Source: a virus
Lineage: Duplodnaviria; Caudoviricetes
Reading direction: 5' to 3' (one strand)
DNA length: 64,000 nucleotides
IMG/VR virus record: IMGVR_UViG_3300029305_005443
Coordinates: 64,001 to 128,000 of that record
Within the stretch, counting starts at the first letter, position 1. Each line of letters starts with the position of its first letter. Shown here piece by piece: positions 41,111 to 55,036 of the stretch. The notes below the pieces were generated by a model. It had not been told where the DNA came from, made no database searches, and saw nothing but the letters and a program-made list of their open reading frames with translations. A program made the translations under genes and the position numbers.

Positions 41111-42139
41111 ATGGCTTACACCTATTCAAATACGCCTGTTCTTTCAAGAATTCAAATTGGTGGTTAGTTATATTACTTAAAAGATGCTGATGCCCGTGCA
41201 ATTCTTGATGCAGCAGTATCTGTTATTGATAGCACAAATAACCTTGCCACTGCCTCTGCTGTTAAGAATTATGTTGATTCTGCAATGGCAGCTATTCCAG
41301 AATTCGATGCTGTTGTTTCCACAAATGCTGCTAATACACCATATGGTGTTCAGTGGGATGACAATGGAACAATAATTACTGGTACATTAGTTGCAAGTTC
41401 AGACACATTCCATAAGATCTATCTTGTTCCTCAAACTGGTGCAACTGGTACTTATGTTGAATGGATGACTATCAGAACTGGTTCTGCAGTTGTTGATGAA
41501 GCAATAGTTGGTGAAACAGAACTTTCTTACACTTATTCTTGGGAACAAATTGGTTCTACAGCTATTAACCTTTCTGGTTATGTGCAAGAAATAAAGTATG
41601 AAAACAAGACTTTAAAACAAGAATACAACAGTGTTTGGTACAGTGTTCATACATTTGGTGATCTTGCAGATAAGGATAGTGCTTCCACGACATTAACAGA
41701 TTATGCAACTGGCATCAATGGTGTTTCTTATACACCAGCAGGAAGTGTTACAGTTAACAGTGTTTCCATTACACCTGCTACTTCTAATGTTGCTGTTGTA
41801 ACCAGTGCTGGTACAGGTTATTCATTATCTGGTGGAAGTGTTACTCAAGCAGCTGCTACAACTTCTGCATTTGCAGTTGCCGGTGTTACAGCAGAGGTAG
41901 GTACCGGTGCTGATTCTGAAACACTTATTCTTTCTGTAGCAACTACAGCAAGTGCAGTTACCGCTACAGGTACTTTAACTTACACAGCCCCAACATTAAC
42001 TGGTGCTCTTCCAACATTTAGTACTGCAGAAGTTATGACTGGTATTACAGCTGCAACAGGAACTGCTACATTCAGCGGATCTGCTTCTACTATAACACCA
42101 ACACTTTCTACAAGCACAAAGAACATTTCAGTTTCGTAA
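41111..42139 (+). CDS. Ser/Thr-rich fibre-like virion protein
   Basis: AGGAG SD, TAG 41165; YTPAGSV repeats. Confidence 0.75.
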
Positions 42140-42178
42140 TATAAAATATATTAAAGCTATTACAAAGGACATTAACAA

Positions 42179-43528
42179 ATGGCTGATATTAGCAAATTAA
42201 CGGTTGGCGGAAGCACTTATAATATAAAAGATACTACTGCACGAGATTGGGCTTCTTCTGCTATCAGCATGATTAGTGACATTCAGGGTGCTGGTGTTAA
42301 CTACAGTGTTGCTGCTTCCTTGCCTACTGCTGGTGAAACATACAAAGGATGGATTTATCTTATCCCTGACTCATCTGGTTCTGGGTAGAACATAAAAGAT
42401 GAGTATATCTGTGTTCAAAGTGGAACAAGTTGGGTTTGGGAATAGATTGGTACAACTGCAACTGACCTTACAAATTATATTTCTGGTACCTTATCAGATA
42501 TTACAATTGCAAGTGCATCTCACAGACATACTGTACCAGCTTTAAATACTATCTCTTATACCCCTGCCGGATCCGTTTCAATAAGTATGACAACTCAAAG
42601 TAGTTGGAGTTTAACTGCTTCTACTACACAATCTGCAGTCACTGCTTCATTTACTGGTTCTTACACTCCTGCAGGTACAATTGCAGTTGATTCTACTGCA
42701 AGCACAACTAGTGTTTCTGCAACTGTTTCTGGTTCATACGATAAGACAACAGGTGGGTCTTTTACATACACTTCTACTGCAGCAGATATAACTAATACAA
42801 AAACAGCAGCGGATGTTACCGGTGCTTCTTATACCCCTGCGGGTACAATCTCAGCATCAACTGCATCAACTGCTGGTACTGGTGTTTTAGTTTCTATTGT
42901 AGCTTCTACAGGAGAAACTTTAGGAGACACTCAATATGGTGCTCCTACAATTTCATCCTCAACAAAAGCAAGTGCCTTAACAAGTGCTACTCTTCAATAT
43001 TCATACGATTCTGCAAATGAAAATCTCACTTTTGGCTCTGGAACTTCTGTTGTTGCATTAAGCATTACTTCTGCTAATTGCTTTACAGCGTTTACCTTAT
43101 CACAAGGTACTGCTACAATGAAAGCATTTACAACAACTACTAGCTATATTTCATTTGTTGGTACTGCAGCAACTATTACCCCTGCTGTTTCTTACTCAAA
43201 AGCAACTGGTGTTTCTTACGCAAAAGCTACAGACTTTACTCTTTCCTATACTTCTACTGCTCTTACATTAGAAGGTACGATCAATGTTCCAGCATACAAA
43301 TTTACTGGAACTGCAGCCACAATTACAACCTCTGGCACATATAGCAAAGTCAGTGTTGTTAAATATGATGTTGATACAATTAGTGAAGCTACTTTCTCTG
43401 GAACTGCAGCTACACTTACACCAACATACTCAACTGCACAATCTGCTACAACTTACACCAATTATCAAAATACAGGTGCTTCTGGCACAGTCAGTGGCGT
43501 GAAGGGGGTTGTGCCTCCTACAACTTAA
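42179..43528 (+). CDS. Ser/Thr-rich fibre-like virion protein, paralog of the upstream gene (2 TAG)
   Basis: YTPAGT and FTGTAATI repeats; WE*IGTT aligns to WEQIGST. Confidence 0.78.
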
Positions 43529-43584
43529 CTTTCCAGTATTGTATATAATTACACATAATACAAAGGAAAGGTGAATTTAGGAAG

Positions 43585-44559
43585 ATGAAATTACAGATTT
43601 TAATTCCTCAGTACAAAGAGACTGACGATGTTGTGAAGACTATGCTTGATAGTCTTCAAATTCAGCAGAATGTGGATTTCAATGAGTTTGGAGTTATTAT
43701 TTGCAACGATGGTTCAGATGTTTTTCTGAGTGACGAGTTGTTAAATAGTTATCCATTCAAAATTGAGTATTATAAAGAGCCACATAGGGGTGTGTCTGGC
43801 ACAAGAAATGCTTGTCTTGACCACTCCACTGCTGATTATGTAATGTTTTGTGATGCTGACGATATGTTTGTCAGTGCTTGTGGATTGTTTGTTATCTTTT
43901 CTGAAATTGATAGAGAAGGGGGTTTTAAGACTTTATCTTCTTTATTCATTGAAGAAGCTAGATTCCAAGGAAAACCATTCTATGTCAACCATGAGAATGA
44001 CTGCACTTTTGTTCATGGAAAAGTTCATAACAGGCAATTCTTAATTGACAACAATATTCGTTGGAATGAAAAGTTAACTATTCACGAAGATAGTTATTTC
44101 AATGTTCTTTGTCAAACAGTTGCAGGAGAGATTAAGTATTCCAATAATGCTTTTTATCTTTGGAAGTGGCGTGACGCTTCTGTTTGCAGGCACGACGATA
44201 AATACCTTCTTAAGACATATAACAATATGTTGGACAGCAATTAGGCACTTGTTGAACAATTCTTATTAAGAGGAATGTTTGACACTGCTAAGTACCACGC
44301 AACCAATATGATTTTCGAAGCGTATTTCACTCTTAACAAGAAAGAATGGATTGACCAAGAAAATCAGGATTATAGAAAAGCAGTTGAAGACCATTTCAGA
44401 GAATATTACGAAAAGTTTAAATATTTATTTGAACAAACTTCTGACGAAACAAAGCACTAGATTATTTCTGGCATTAAAAACAGAATGTTCAAAGAAGGAA
44501 TGTTCTTAGAAACTATTACATTTGCTGACTGGATGAAACAGATCGAGCATAAAGAGTAA
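43585..44559 (+). CDS. family 2 glycosyltransferase (2 TAG)
   Basis: ILIPQY, NDGS, GVSGTRN, FCDADD, HED. Confidence 0.88.
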
Positions 44560-44613
44560 ACTTAATAAGATTGAGAATCAGTAATAATATATATTAATAG
44601 GTGGGAGAGAGAA

Positions 44614-45084
44614 ATGGCAACAAGAAAAACAACAAAAGCAGTGGTAGAAGAAGCTGTTGTTGAAGAAGTGAAAGTCGAAAAAGAACCTGTAAAGAAAACA
44701 ACTACAAAGAAAACAACAAAAACAGTTTCTAAAAAGGTTGTTAAGCCAGTTGAAATTAAACCAATTGAGGAACTTAAACCAGAAATCACTAAGTTCTACA
44801 AAGTTAAGACTGGTGTTTATGGAAAACATATAGAAGCAGGTGTTGCTTATATTAAAGGGCCTAATGTTACAACAATGTCTTTTTCAGAAGGAACTTCTGT
44901 TTCGGTTCACGCTGTTCCAAAAACAAAATATTTCTTTAAGCAATGGGTAAATGAAAAAGGAGAATTTGTTTCGAAAAGCAATCCTTATACATTCACAATG
45001 CCTGCTAAGGAAGTTGAAATTTATGCAACTTTTGGGCAAGCTGAAATTCCACCCCAGCCAAAAAAGAAGTTAGAAAAAATGTAA
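44614..45084 (+). CDS. protein with divergent InlB-B/Ig-like repeat
   Basis: A.P...YFF..W......SNPYTFTMP...IYATF. Confidence 0.7.
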   Translation: MATRKTTKAVVEEAVVEEVKVEKEPVKKTTTKKTTKTVSKKVVKPVEIKPIEELKPEITKFYKVKTGVYGKHIEAGVAYIKGPNVTTMSFSEGTSVSVHAVPKTKYFFKQWVNEKGEFVSKSNPYTFTMPAKEVEIYATFGQAEIPPQPKKKLEKM

Positions 45085-45101
45085 CACAAAGGATTTAATT
45101 T

Positions 45102-45563
45102 ATGCCAATTAGTGATATTCCATCTGGGGACGATCCACTCTTTTCGGAAAGTACCTTTTATATAGCAAGAACAGGTGCCTATAGTGGTCATTCTGAAGCT
45201 GGATCTGCATATGTTGGTACAAGTTCATTTGTAACTGGTTTATATACAGAGGGAGATCAGGTTACTTTTACAGCTTACCCAGCTGCAACTTATTTCTTCC
45301 ATAATTGGGTTGATGCTAATGGAAGTGCAGTAGCATCTTCTAATCCGTATGTATTTACTATGCCAGCGTACAGTGTGGCATATTATGCTACATTTGGTCA
45401 TGAAGAAGTTAACCCAGGAAATTCCTCAACTTCTATTTCTACTGCTACGGTAAAAGTTAAAACAAGTAATTCTTGGAAAACTGCTACTGTAAAGCGATAC
45501 ACTGGTTCTGCTTGGGTACCTGCTACCGTTAAGGTATTTAAGGGCTCAGGTGAGTCAAATTGA
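45102..45563 (+). CDS. paralogous InlB-B/Ig-like repeat protein
   Basis: Same domain as the upstream gene plus ATVK repeats. Confidence 0.7.
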   Translation: MPISDIPSGDDPLFSESTFYIARTGAYSGHSEAGSAYVGTSSFVTGLYTEGDQVTFTAYPAATYFFHNWVDANGSAVASSNPYVFTMPAYSVAYYATFGHEEVNPGNSSTSISTATVKVKTSNSWKTATVKRYTGSAWVPATVKVFKGSGESN

Positions 45564-45581
45564 TAATAAGGAAAAATTAAC

Positions 45582-46352
45582 GTGCCTAATATTGTTGATA
45601 AAATAACTGTAAAAAGTTCTACCTATGCAATAGAAGATGCTAGGTTTGTATCAAATGGTGACCAAGTTGTCATTGATGCTGAAAATATGTATATTGGTGA
45701 GATTTCACCAGACAATAAAGTTTTAACTGCTGGTGACCCTATTGTTGCTGGTGGAATTTCTACTGAAGCTACCACAGCAAGAAGATATTTAGTTGGTGTT
45801 GCTTCTGTTTCTGGTGCTAATCAAGAAACAAATACCAATGCTGGTGTTTATGTTACTAATGGTACTCTTTACGCACAACAATATTCAGGTCTCCCAGTAT
45901 TCACCTATAATTCCCTTGTTGGCGGAGTTGCTGGTGTTGTCCCAGGGTTCTCACTTGCACAAAATATTGATGTGGCAAATTCTTATTTAAGAGCAGATGG
46001 TACATTTGCACCAGTTACAGTAAGTTCTGCTATAACAAGTGTTCCTGCTGCTTAGTCCAATATTACTGGTGGTTTCAGATTAGGACAACAAGGCGTCAAT
46101 GTTTCTGGAACTTGGACATATGCTACAGAAATTGCTCTTAAAAGAAACGACGATGCAACAACTCCGTATGCTTACACAAAGATTCCTATTTACCCAGGAA
46201 GTACTTCTCTTAATGCTGATGGGTTTACTTACCCAACAGCTGGATTAGTTCCTTATAAATCAGGATTTAATACTTCTTCATATTTCTTAAATGGTGTTGG
46301 TAACTGGGCAAAAGCAGCAACAGTTTCAGACCATACACTTATTATTTTATGA
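45582..46352 (+). CDS. tail-fibre-like protein (2 TAG)
   Basis: Repeated AGVVP...YLRADGTF / AGLVP...YFLNGVGNW motif spans the TAGs. Confidence 0.72.
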
Positions 46353-46361
46353 GGTTAAAGT

Positions 46362-46664
46362 ATGGAAATTTCTTTGAATGAATCTATTTTGAAAGAAACA
46401 GAAGAATTTCTTACTTCCTTAGAAGAAAGTTATGAAGTTTTTATTGTTAATTCAAAAAACGAAGATAAACTAATCAAATCCGGTAATAAAACTTCTGCAA
46501 CAAATTTAGTTGAAGGATTTATTTCGGATAATTCAAGATTAGATGACTTAGATGCAACCCAATTATATGTGATTGATAAATCAAAAGAAAACAATAATGA
46601 GTTGTTTATCTACACAAAAGATGAGAAAGGTTGGAATGTTGACTTTGATAAGTTGACTCAATAA
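46362..46664 (+). CDS. hypothetical protein
   Basis: GAGGT SD, ORF. Confidence 0.7.
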   Translation: MEISLNESILKETEEFLTSLEESYEVFIVNSKNEDKLIKSGNKTSATNLVEGFISDNSRLDDLDATQLYVIDKSKENNNELFIYTKDEKGWNVDFDKLTQ

Positions 46665-46690
46665 TAAGGAATTGTTTAAGGAAAAGACTA

Positions 46691-47053
46691 ATGTATAAAT
46701 CTGTTGAAAGTAACGCGTCGATTATAAGAATAAATCGTGGTGATTCTTTTCAGAAACCTTTATATATAAATTGTGGTACATTTTTGAACCCTGTTAGGTA
46801 TCAACTTCAAGAGGGGGATAAAGTGTATTTTGGTGTTATGGAACCAAACCACTATTGGGAACAGTCTATCCTTAGACAAAGATATGATAAGGATAGTGAC
46901 AAGACAGAAGATGGAGATATTATCATAAAAATTTCTCCAGAAGAAACTGAGTATCTTCTTCCAGGTACTTATTATTATCAAGTTAAGTTATTAAGAAGTG
47001 AAGATTTGGAAGTGAAGACTGTCGTTCCTACGACATTATTTATAATACTTTGA
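46691..47053 (+). CDS. BppU-like beta-sandwich structural protein
   Basis: INRGDS...ISPEETEYLLPGTYYYQV. Confidence 0.6.
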   Translation: MYKSVESNASIIRINRGDSFQKPLYINCGTFLNPVRYQLQEGDKVYFGVMEPNHYWEQSILRQRYDKDSDKTEDGDIIIKISPEETEYLLPGTYYYQVKLLRSEDLEVKTVVPTTLFIIL

Positions 47054-47144
47054 CACCTCCTTCATTCTCCCTCCTTTGTATATTGATTAGAGAGAACTAA
47101 TCCCTGCCAGCATACCAGGTATAGTATGCTTTTTGGAGATTTTA

Positions 47145-49838
47145 ATGCCACAACAATACATTGATAACGTTATATCAAAAGACGGAACTGAATATGGATT
47201 AAGACCTGCTGACGGAACAGTCACTTCTGCTAAAATTTCTACAAGTGCAGTTGTAACAGGTAAGATTTCTGCAAATGCTATCACTACTGCAAAGATAGCA
47301 ACCAGTGCAGTTACAGAATCAAAAATAGCAGATGGAACTATTACCTCTGCTAAATTTGCACCAGAAGTTATTTCTTGGATTTCTGATGTTACTGGCGGTG
47401 TTGAAAGTATCAACACTTATCAAGGGGCCATCACTCTTTCAACAGGTGTTGTACCTGGTGCATTTACACTTGGGGATGGCTACACTACACAAACAATATC
47501 AATCAATGGACTTGGTACCGCTGCTTTCTCTTCGGCAGATTCATTCCTTTCAAGTGCTTGTTATGATCTTGTCCTGGGTCAATCTGTAAATATGTCAGAA
47601 GTTCTTTCTGCATATGATGCTGGCAAACTTATAAGGGTCGATACAACAAATGTTTAGTTCGATCCAAAAGTAAATGACACTGGTGTTCACGACCTTAATT
47701 TCTTAAGTAAAAGTGGGGAAACTTCCATTGCCTATATGATTTTTAACCATGGAGTTAATTCTTCTAACTATATTGCAGATCTTAAGTGGGATACTACTTA
47801 TGCTTCAAGCAATGGTTGGTCATATATAAATGGTAGAGATTTAATTAATTCTTATTCGCCTGCATTTACTGGCACTCCGACAACTCCTGATATTACAAAT
47901 CTTTCCACAAGTACTTCTCAAATTGCAAATGCAGCTTTTGTTCAAGCAGTTGTTCAAGATAAAGTTGCTGCTGCTGTTTCTTCTGCCATGTCTTCTATAG
48001 CAACAGATGTTATTGTTGCATTTGAATATGGAAGTTAGTTAACAAGTGCAGAAGTTACTGGTGCATTAAGTGCTTTTGATGAAGGCAAGATTGTTAATTG
48101 TAAAATAAATTCTAATTTATCATCTGCTATTTGGCAAGGAACTGTTACCACACTAGCAAGTTATAGTGCAGCTGCAAGTGTTACTTCTATGCAATTCCTT
48201 GGTACAATTGGTTCCACACCAAATTATAAAATTGTTCAGGTCAATTGTACTCAATCTGCTTCTACAACTTGGCAGTATTCATTATTTGATATTCCAGAAA
48301 TTAGTGCAGTTTTAAGCACTGCTAAGACTGAAGTTTCTTTAACCGTTACTGGTTCTTCTGTTTCTACCACAATAACAGAAAGTTAGATTGAAAGTTATTA
48401 TGAGTCTGTTTAGGATTGTATCTTTACTGGTTCTGATGGGTATTCCTATCAAGTGGCTTCTTATAACGGCACAGCTCACACTGTGAACCTTGTTGCCGTT
48501 CAACCGGATGGAACTTTGAGAACTGTTGCACTTAGTGCTGCTGATAACAACACTGCATTAAGTGGAACACTTAAGCTTATTCAACCAACTTTTGATGTTG
48601 TGTATGGAGAAGCAGTTGATGCGGCGGAGATTTTAAACGCAATTTCATCTGGCAGATAGATTAGGTGTAAAATAGTTGATACCGACCTTGAAACTACATA
48701 CTATTATTATTTGTCTAATTATCAACTTGATGGGTCTAGTTTATACGGTCTTCAATTTATTGATTTATTCCCTAATTTACTGGAAGAAGTTGTTTTCTAT
48801 ACCTGGAATTCAGATACCAACTCCAACAATGGTTGGGATTCTGAGGTTATGCATCTCGTCACCCCTAACTCTCCAACTTTTACAGGAACTCCAAAAGCAC
48901 CAACAGCTTCTACAAGCACTAGCACAACACAGATAGCTACCACTGAGTTTGTTCATAATGTAGCTTCTTCTGATACATATAAAGAAGCTTATATTGTAAC
49001 TTATGGTGATACTCTTGATTATGACACTATTGTTGCTAAAAGAACTGCTGGTAAAATTGTTTTATGCAAGTTGACTTCTAGTATAAGTCCTGGTATACCA
49101 GCAGATACTTTCCTTCAACTGTATACTTATAATTATACCCCTAGTGGAGGAAGTGCTGGGTACAGTATACTATTTGCAGGTTATATTATTAGTGGAAATT
49201 ACAGAGTAACTTTTACTTGTCATGGTTCCACAAAGTCTTGCGACACATGGAGTCACAGTATGACTTTCCTGGCGCCTATTGCTTCACCTAACTTTTCTGG
49301 AACTCCAACTGCTCCAACTGCTTCTGCAGCAACTAATAGTACACAAATAGCTACAACTGCCTTTGTAAAGACTGCAATCAGTGGGATAACTCATCCAACA
49401 GAAGTTTTCATTATTGATTACGGCGATGAGAGTAAAGCCAGTTAGCTTTCCGCAGCTTATGCAGCAGGTAAGAGTATTTGGTGTAGATATACAGAAGAAG
49501 ATGAAGAAGATGGAGCTTGGTCTAGTACACATCTCATCCCTCTTACTAATTATACCTATGAGGAAGATATCGGTGAATATTATATTTTCTCAATATTTAT
49601 GACCCCATAGTATTAGGAAGATGAAGTGTGGTCAATACAACTTCTTGACGGATATTCTTGGGAAGAAATAAGAAAGGTATCTTTTGCTTAGTAGAGTGTT
49701 GCTCTTGCAACCTACAACGGGAACAGTTACATTAAAGTGGGCTCCAGCGGTCTTTCTAGCGGAACAAAGAATATTTATATTCAATCTACTCAACCATACA
49801 CCAATAATGTTGGTGACATTTGGATTGATATTTCTTAA
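47145..49838 (+). CDS. long tail-fibre protein (897 aa in code 15)
   Basis: Five ORF-track fragments in one frame; three SPxFTGTPxxP...QIA..FV fibre repeats; VTSAKIA repeats. Confidence 0.85.
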
Positions 49839-49852
49839 TTTAAAGGAACAAA

Positions 49853-52282
49853 ATGGCTTTAAATGCTAACTCAAAAGTTGGTTCAGACATTTAGATGTTT
49901 GATGTAAGACCATATAGTGAGTATAAAAATGCTGGATGGAAAGAAGGATTTGAAACTTCTTGGACTGGTTTTACTTCAAATGAATATTATACTAACACTA
50001 TGTTGGATTAGAATAACTATTCTGGAACTTCTTCAATGTCTTCTGGTAATGCAGTAAATTCTGAACGAACATTTAGTGGGTGGAAATTCTTATACAAACC
50101 ATATAGTGAAACACAAATTCAATGGGTTCTTCTTTATATTTTTGTAAGGAATGTTACCCCAGGAAGTAATTTCTTCCATAGAAATTGCAACCTTTATGAG
50201 TTAAGTGTTAACGGAAGCAAAGTTGTTTCTATGAAGAGCACCAACAATGATAATGGAGATCAGGTTCAATTATCAACTGGTGCTCTTACCAACAAAAGAT
50301 ATACTTCAATAGGTGGCCAATCAACCAAATATGGTCAATTGGTACCTATTGATAGTAATGTTGGTTATAACAAAACTCAAGTGAATGCTGGAACTACTTA
50401 GGTAGTTTTCATCGGTAAGTTTACTGTAACTGGTGGTGTTCAAGGAACAGCAAATAAAAAATTTAATATTTCCTTTAAATATGCCAATTACAATTATCTT
50501 TCATATGCAAGCGGAATAAAAGCAATAGCTAAAATTCCTAGTAAATGGAGCACTTCAGTTAACTGGAGTAGTGGTATAAAGACTGCATTTACAAATGGTA
50601 CTTTTGCATATAATCCAACTCCTATATTAACCCCTGCAGCTCCAACTGTAGCAACTATTTCAAATGGCTATGTTTCTTATAACCAGACAATAACTGCAAC
50701 TGGCGGTAAATATGTAAAGGTCATTAACCCAAATCAAGGAAATAATTTTTAGTGGCTTTCTTCAGTAGGAACATTTAATTTATCTTCTTTGACATTTACT
50801 TCGTCTCCTGATAATACTTCAGCTACACCAGATCACATAACTGCGAGAGCTACTATCTGGGATGAGTACAAAGATAACTGGTATTCAGAATCAAATAATA
50901 TAAATGTATAGTATGCTCCTAAAGATGTTCAATTTACAGCTAAAAGTGCTTCAGCAACCGGCATAACTATCACTTATAAAAGGCATGCTTCTACTGGTAC
51001 AAATGGTTATTTCAATCTTCTTTATGTAACTTGCTCAACAAGTTCTGATAGAGGAGAATTAAGCTTCCCATTCTATAGCAGAGATATTGAAATTCAAGTT
51101 TCTAGAAATGGTTCTATTGCTATGATTTATGCAGAAGGAACTTCTTTGGGAATGAGTCTTAACACTGAAGGGGAAACCACCCTCACATTTACACCTGCTT
51201 GTTATGTATCAGGAAATGGATTAGTTATAAGTTCAGAAACATTCACTTATAAATTGAGTGACACAAGACCTCAATTTGAAATTCTTGGAGCAACTTTGGA
51301 TTATCCAATAGATGCAAATGGAATTTCTCATATAATTTATAATGGGTCCTATTATAAATATGAACCTTGTGTTACTTTCTCTTTGTCTTATGACTCAAAT
51401 GTAACTACAGTAAAGGATATCTCAGCTTTTGTCACAAATAGATCTGATTTATCTACTAATGCAACTGTTCTTTCTTCAACATATTATTATAAGCCTGCTA
51501 TTTTATCAAATGGCATTGGTAAAATATTAATACCAGAAGTTATGGGAAGAGGACAGAGTTACATACATATTCAAGTAATTTCTGCACCTACTTCTAGTTT
51601 ATCCACAGAAACAGTTTCAAATGTAGTTGTACCAGTTTCTTGTTCGTTAGAAGATTACACCACAAATAAAATTAAAGAGGGCGAATTAGTTGATAGTGCA
51701 GTAATAAGAAATAAAATTTTAAGTTATGCACAAGCTAAAATTTCTAACTATGAAACAATAATAAATTCTGTTAACAATACATTTACTTCTAATGGTGCTC
51801 TTGTTTGGGATTAGGGGCATTTGAAGATTTCAGAAGGATTGCTTGTAACTACCAGTATAAAAGAATTGTTGACTGCATTAGAACAATTCTATACAGAAAT
51901 AACTTATAATAATCCATATAAAGTTTATTATAAAGGGGAACTGTCTTCAGGACAAACTAATACATTGGTCTCTCCGTTAGTGGATGACACTCTGGGAGGT
52001 TTCATCAATTACAACAATGGTATTGTCACTGTCTCCGAAGATTCAAGCAAGATCAAATTCTATGATAATTCTGTGCAATATCCAAGTGTAGTTAATTAGA
52101 ATGTATAGAATATTGAATTGAATGAGGATAATTAGTTTGAGTTCGATGAAAATAGTTGGTCTTGGGTTTTATCGTCATTAGACGATTTAATTATAGCCAG
52201 TTAGGTAACAATAACAAGCAATCAGTTAGAAGTTTTTAATAATTATCAAAAAGCAATTTTATATATTGTATCTTTATTATAA
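49853..52282 (+). CDS. large structural protein (809 aa in code 15)
   Basis: Single frame interrupted only by TAG. Confidence 0.78.
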
Positions 52283-52294
52283 GGAGTGAATTTA

Positions 52295-52549
52295 ATGGAA
52301 TGGTTTTTAAGAAGTAATTCAACTGGTGCTCGTATTCTTAGAACAATTGCACAAGGTATTCTTGGTGTTATTGTTGCTATCCTTCCAGATCTTATTGGTC
52401 TTATTGACCTTAACCCAACTTTCCAAGCCGCTCTTGTTGCTTTGGTCATGGCAATTCTTAGCCCAATTATGAGCGAGATTGGTAAGCATGTGGAAGAAGT
52501 CAACGGAAAGAAACGGGCTGCAAAGGCTTTAAAGGAACAAGCAAAATAA
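52295..52549 (+). CDS. holin-like membrane protein
   Basis: RILRTIAQG, two TM helices, basic C-terminus. Confidence 0.65.
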   Translation: MEWFLRSNSTGARILRTIAQGILGVIVAILPDLIGLIDLNPTFQAALVALVMAILSPIMSEIGKHVEEVNGKKRAAKALKEQAK

Positions 52550-52564
52550 TAAAGGATATTGAAA

Positions 52565-52951
52565 ATGGAATGGTGGACTAATGTCTGGGTCCCTCTTATC
52601 ATAGCTCTACTTACTGCAGCCGCAACACTCATTGGGACCTTAGCCGGCGTTAGAGCACAATTGAAGATTAACGAAAAGAAAGCAGAAGAGGATCGTAGAA
52701 GGTTAGAAGAAGAGCGGGAACGCAAAGAAACAGAGCGGCAAGAAAAGCAAGAAGAAGCGTTGAAAAGCATTTTACGCACAGAACTTCTTCGCATATATTT
52801 CCGCAGAGCTGAAAAAGGATAGAAATTCTTAACACAATGGGAATCTGAAAATGTGCATAGAATGTACGCCTCTTACACTGCTCTTGGTGGCAACTCATTC
52901 GTCAGAGATTTAGTAAATAAAATGAATGAATGGGAAGTCGTACAAAACTAA
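52565..52951 (+). CDS. holin-associated membrane protein (TAG 52820)
   Basis: N-terminal TM helix, coiled coil, LR...MYASYTALGGN motif located after the TAG. Confidence 0.7.
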
Positions 52952-52974
52952 ACTATTAAGAATGTGAGTTGTCA

Positions 52975-55026
52975 ATGACAAACATAGATGAAAAACAATT
53001 TGAAGGTTTATCCAGAAAAGAAAAGGAATATGCCTTAAAAATTTTAGAAGAATTTTCAAGAACTGGAAAATCAGATACATATAACGATCTGATTTATGCT
53101 GATTATGCGGAAGTTCCAGTTGATGTTGAAACATTCTTGAGGGATAAAAGGTACCTTGGAACAGGGTTGACTAATGATGATGGGAAATTTACTGTTTTCC
53201 CATATTGGATAGATACTTTAAAAAAGATTTTTCCTTCTAACATTGATACTGCATATAATACTTTAGTTTTAACTGGTGGAATTGGTCTTGGCAAATCATT
53301 GGTTGCTGTACTCTGCCTTCTGTACTTATTGTATAGAATGCTTTGCTTGAAGAATCCATATGTTTTCTATGGGTTACAACAAATAGACCACATTACTTTC
53401 TCATTTATAAATATAACTCTTGATGCAGCTAAGGGTGTGGCCTGGGCAAAGTGCCAGGAATTGCTGAAAAGTAGCCCGTGGTTTTTAGAACACGGCACAT
53501 TAAGCAAATCTCAAGATCCGGAATGGTCTCCTAACGGGGGAATTGAACTGATCTATGGTTCTTTGCCAAGGCATGTTTTAGGTAGAGCTGTTTTTTGCTC
53601 ATTTGAAGACGAAATTAGCTTTTAGCCAAATCAAGATGTAGAAAAACAAAAACAAAAAGCAAAAACTCTTATAAGCACTGTTGACGCTCGTATGCAATCG
53701 AGATTTATGAAGGGTGAAAAATTACCCACATTAAATATTATTGCTTCTTCTAAAAGGACAGAACAGTCATTCCTTGAAACATATATTGATATGAAAAAGA
53801 GGAATGAGTCAAAAACTACTTTAATTGTTGATGAACCTCAGTGGGTTATTCGTACTGATAAAGCAAGTTCAAGAACTTTTAATGTAGCAGTTGGAAATAA
53901 ATTCTTAGACTCAGAAGTTCTTCCTTTGAGTGTCACAGAACAAGAATTGCAATTATATAGGGATAAAGGATTTAAGATTCTTCAAGTTCCTTTTGGTTAT
54001 TACGAGCAATTCTTAGACGATATTGATATTGCTTTAACTGATATTGCTGGTATTTCTACAACAAATAGTCAGAGTTATATTTCTGGTGTTAGATGGGCTA
54101 AATGTCGAAAAGAAGGACTTGAAAACCCATTTAATAAAGAGATTTTAGTAGTTGGCAATGCACCAGATGATAAAGCCCAATATAGTGATTTCTTTGATTT
54201 ATCAAAAGTTCCTTCAAAATATAAGTATAAACCATTGTATATCCATCTGGATATGTCTCTTTCTGGGGACAAAACTGGTATTGCAGGCACGTGGATAATC
54301 GGTAAAAAACCACATGAAGAAGGACAAGTAGAATCTAAAGAATTATATTATCAACTTGCATTTTCTGTTGCTATAAAAGCACCTAAGGGCTATCAAGTTA
54401 GTTTTGAGAAAAATAGACAATTCATCTATTGGTTGAGAGACCAAGGATTTAAGATAAAAGGTGTAAGTTACGATACCTTCCAATCAGCAGATTTAAGTTA
54501 GCAATTACAAGCTCATGGATTTAATTGTGAAACAATTTCTGTTGATAGGTTACAAGATAAAATCTGCAAGCCTTATCTTGTTTTTAAGAACGCAATCTAC
54601 GAAGAACGATTAATTGTATATAATACAAAGTTGCTGACGGATGAGATTATTGGTCTTGTTAGAGATGGGAATGGAAAAATAGACCACAGCCCTTCTGGCA
54701 TAAACTCAAAAGATACTGCTGATGCTGTTTGCGGAAGTTTATATAATGCTTCACAACACGCTGAAGAATATGCTTTTGATTATGGTGAAGATTTAGATCT
54801 CATCAAAAAAGCAAATGATGCTTCTTCTGCTATGTCTTTGGAAAATAAAAAGCAAATTGTTTTAGATATGGAAGAAGAGCTCAAAAACTTTAGATTATTT
54901 TAGAATCCATTTGTAGTACAATAGGCACAACAACAATCTAAACCTACAGGGTTGGATTTTGGGTTTGGTAAAGCAGTGCCTTATGGTGGACAATCTTATG
55001 TTCAAGATGGTATGCTCATTTGGTAA
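52975..55026 (+). CDS. terminase large subunit (4 in-frame TAG)
   Basis: TGGIGLGKS Walker A, FEDE Walker B, HLDMS, DTFQS and KDTADA nuclease motifs in one frame. Confidence 0.92.
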
Positions 55027-55036
55027 GTGAGGAAGA

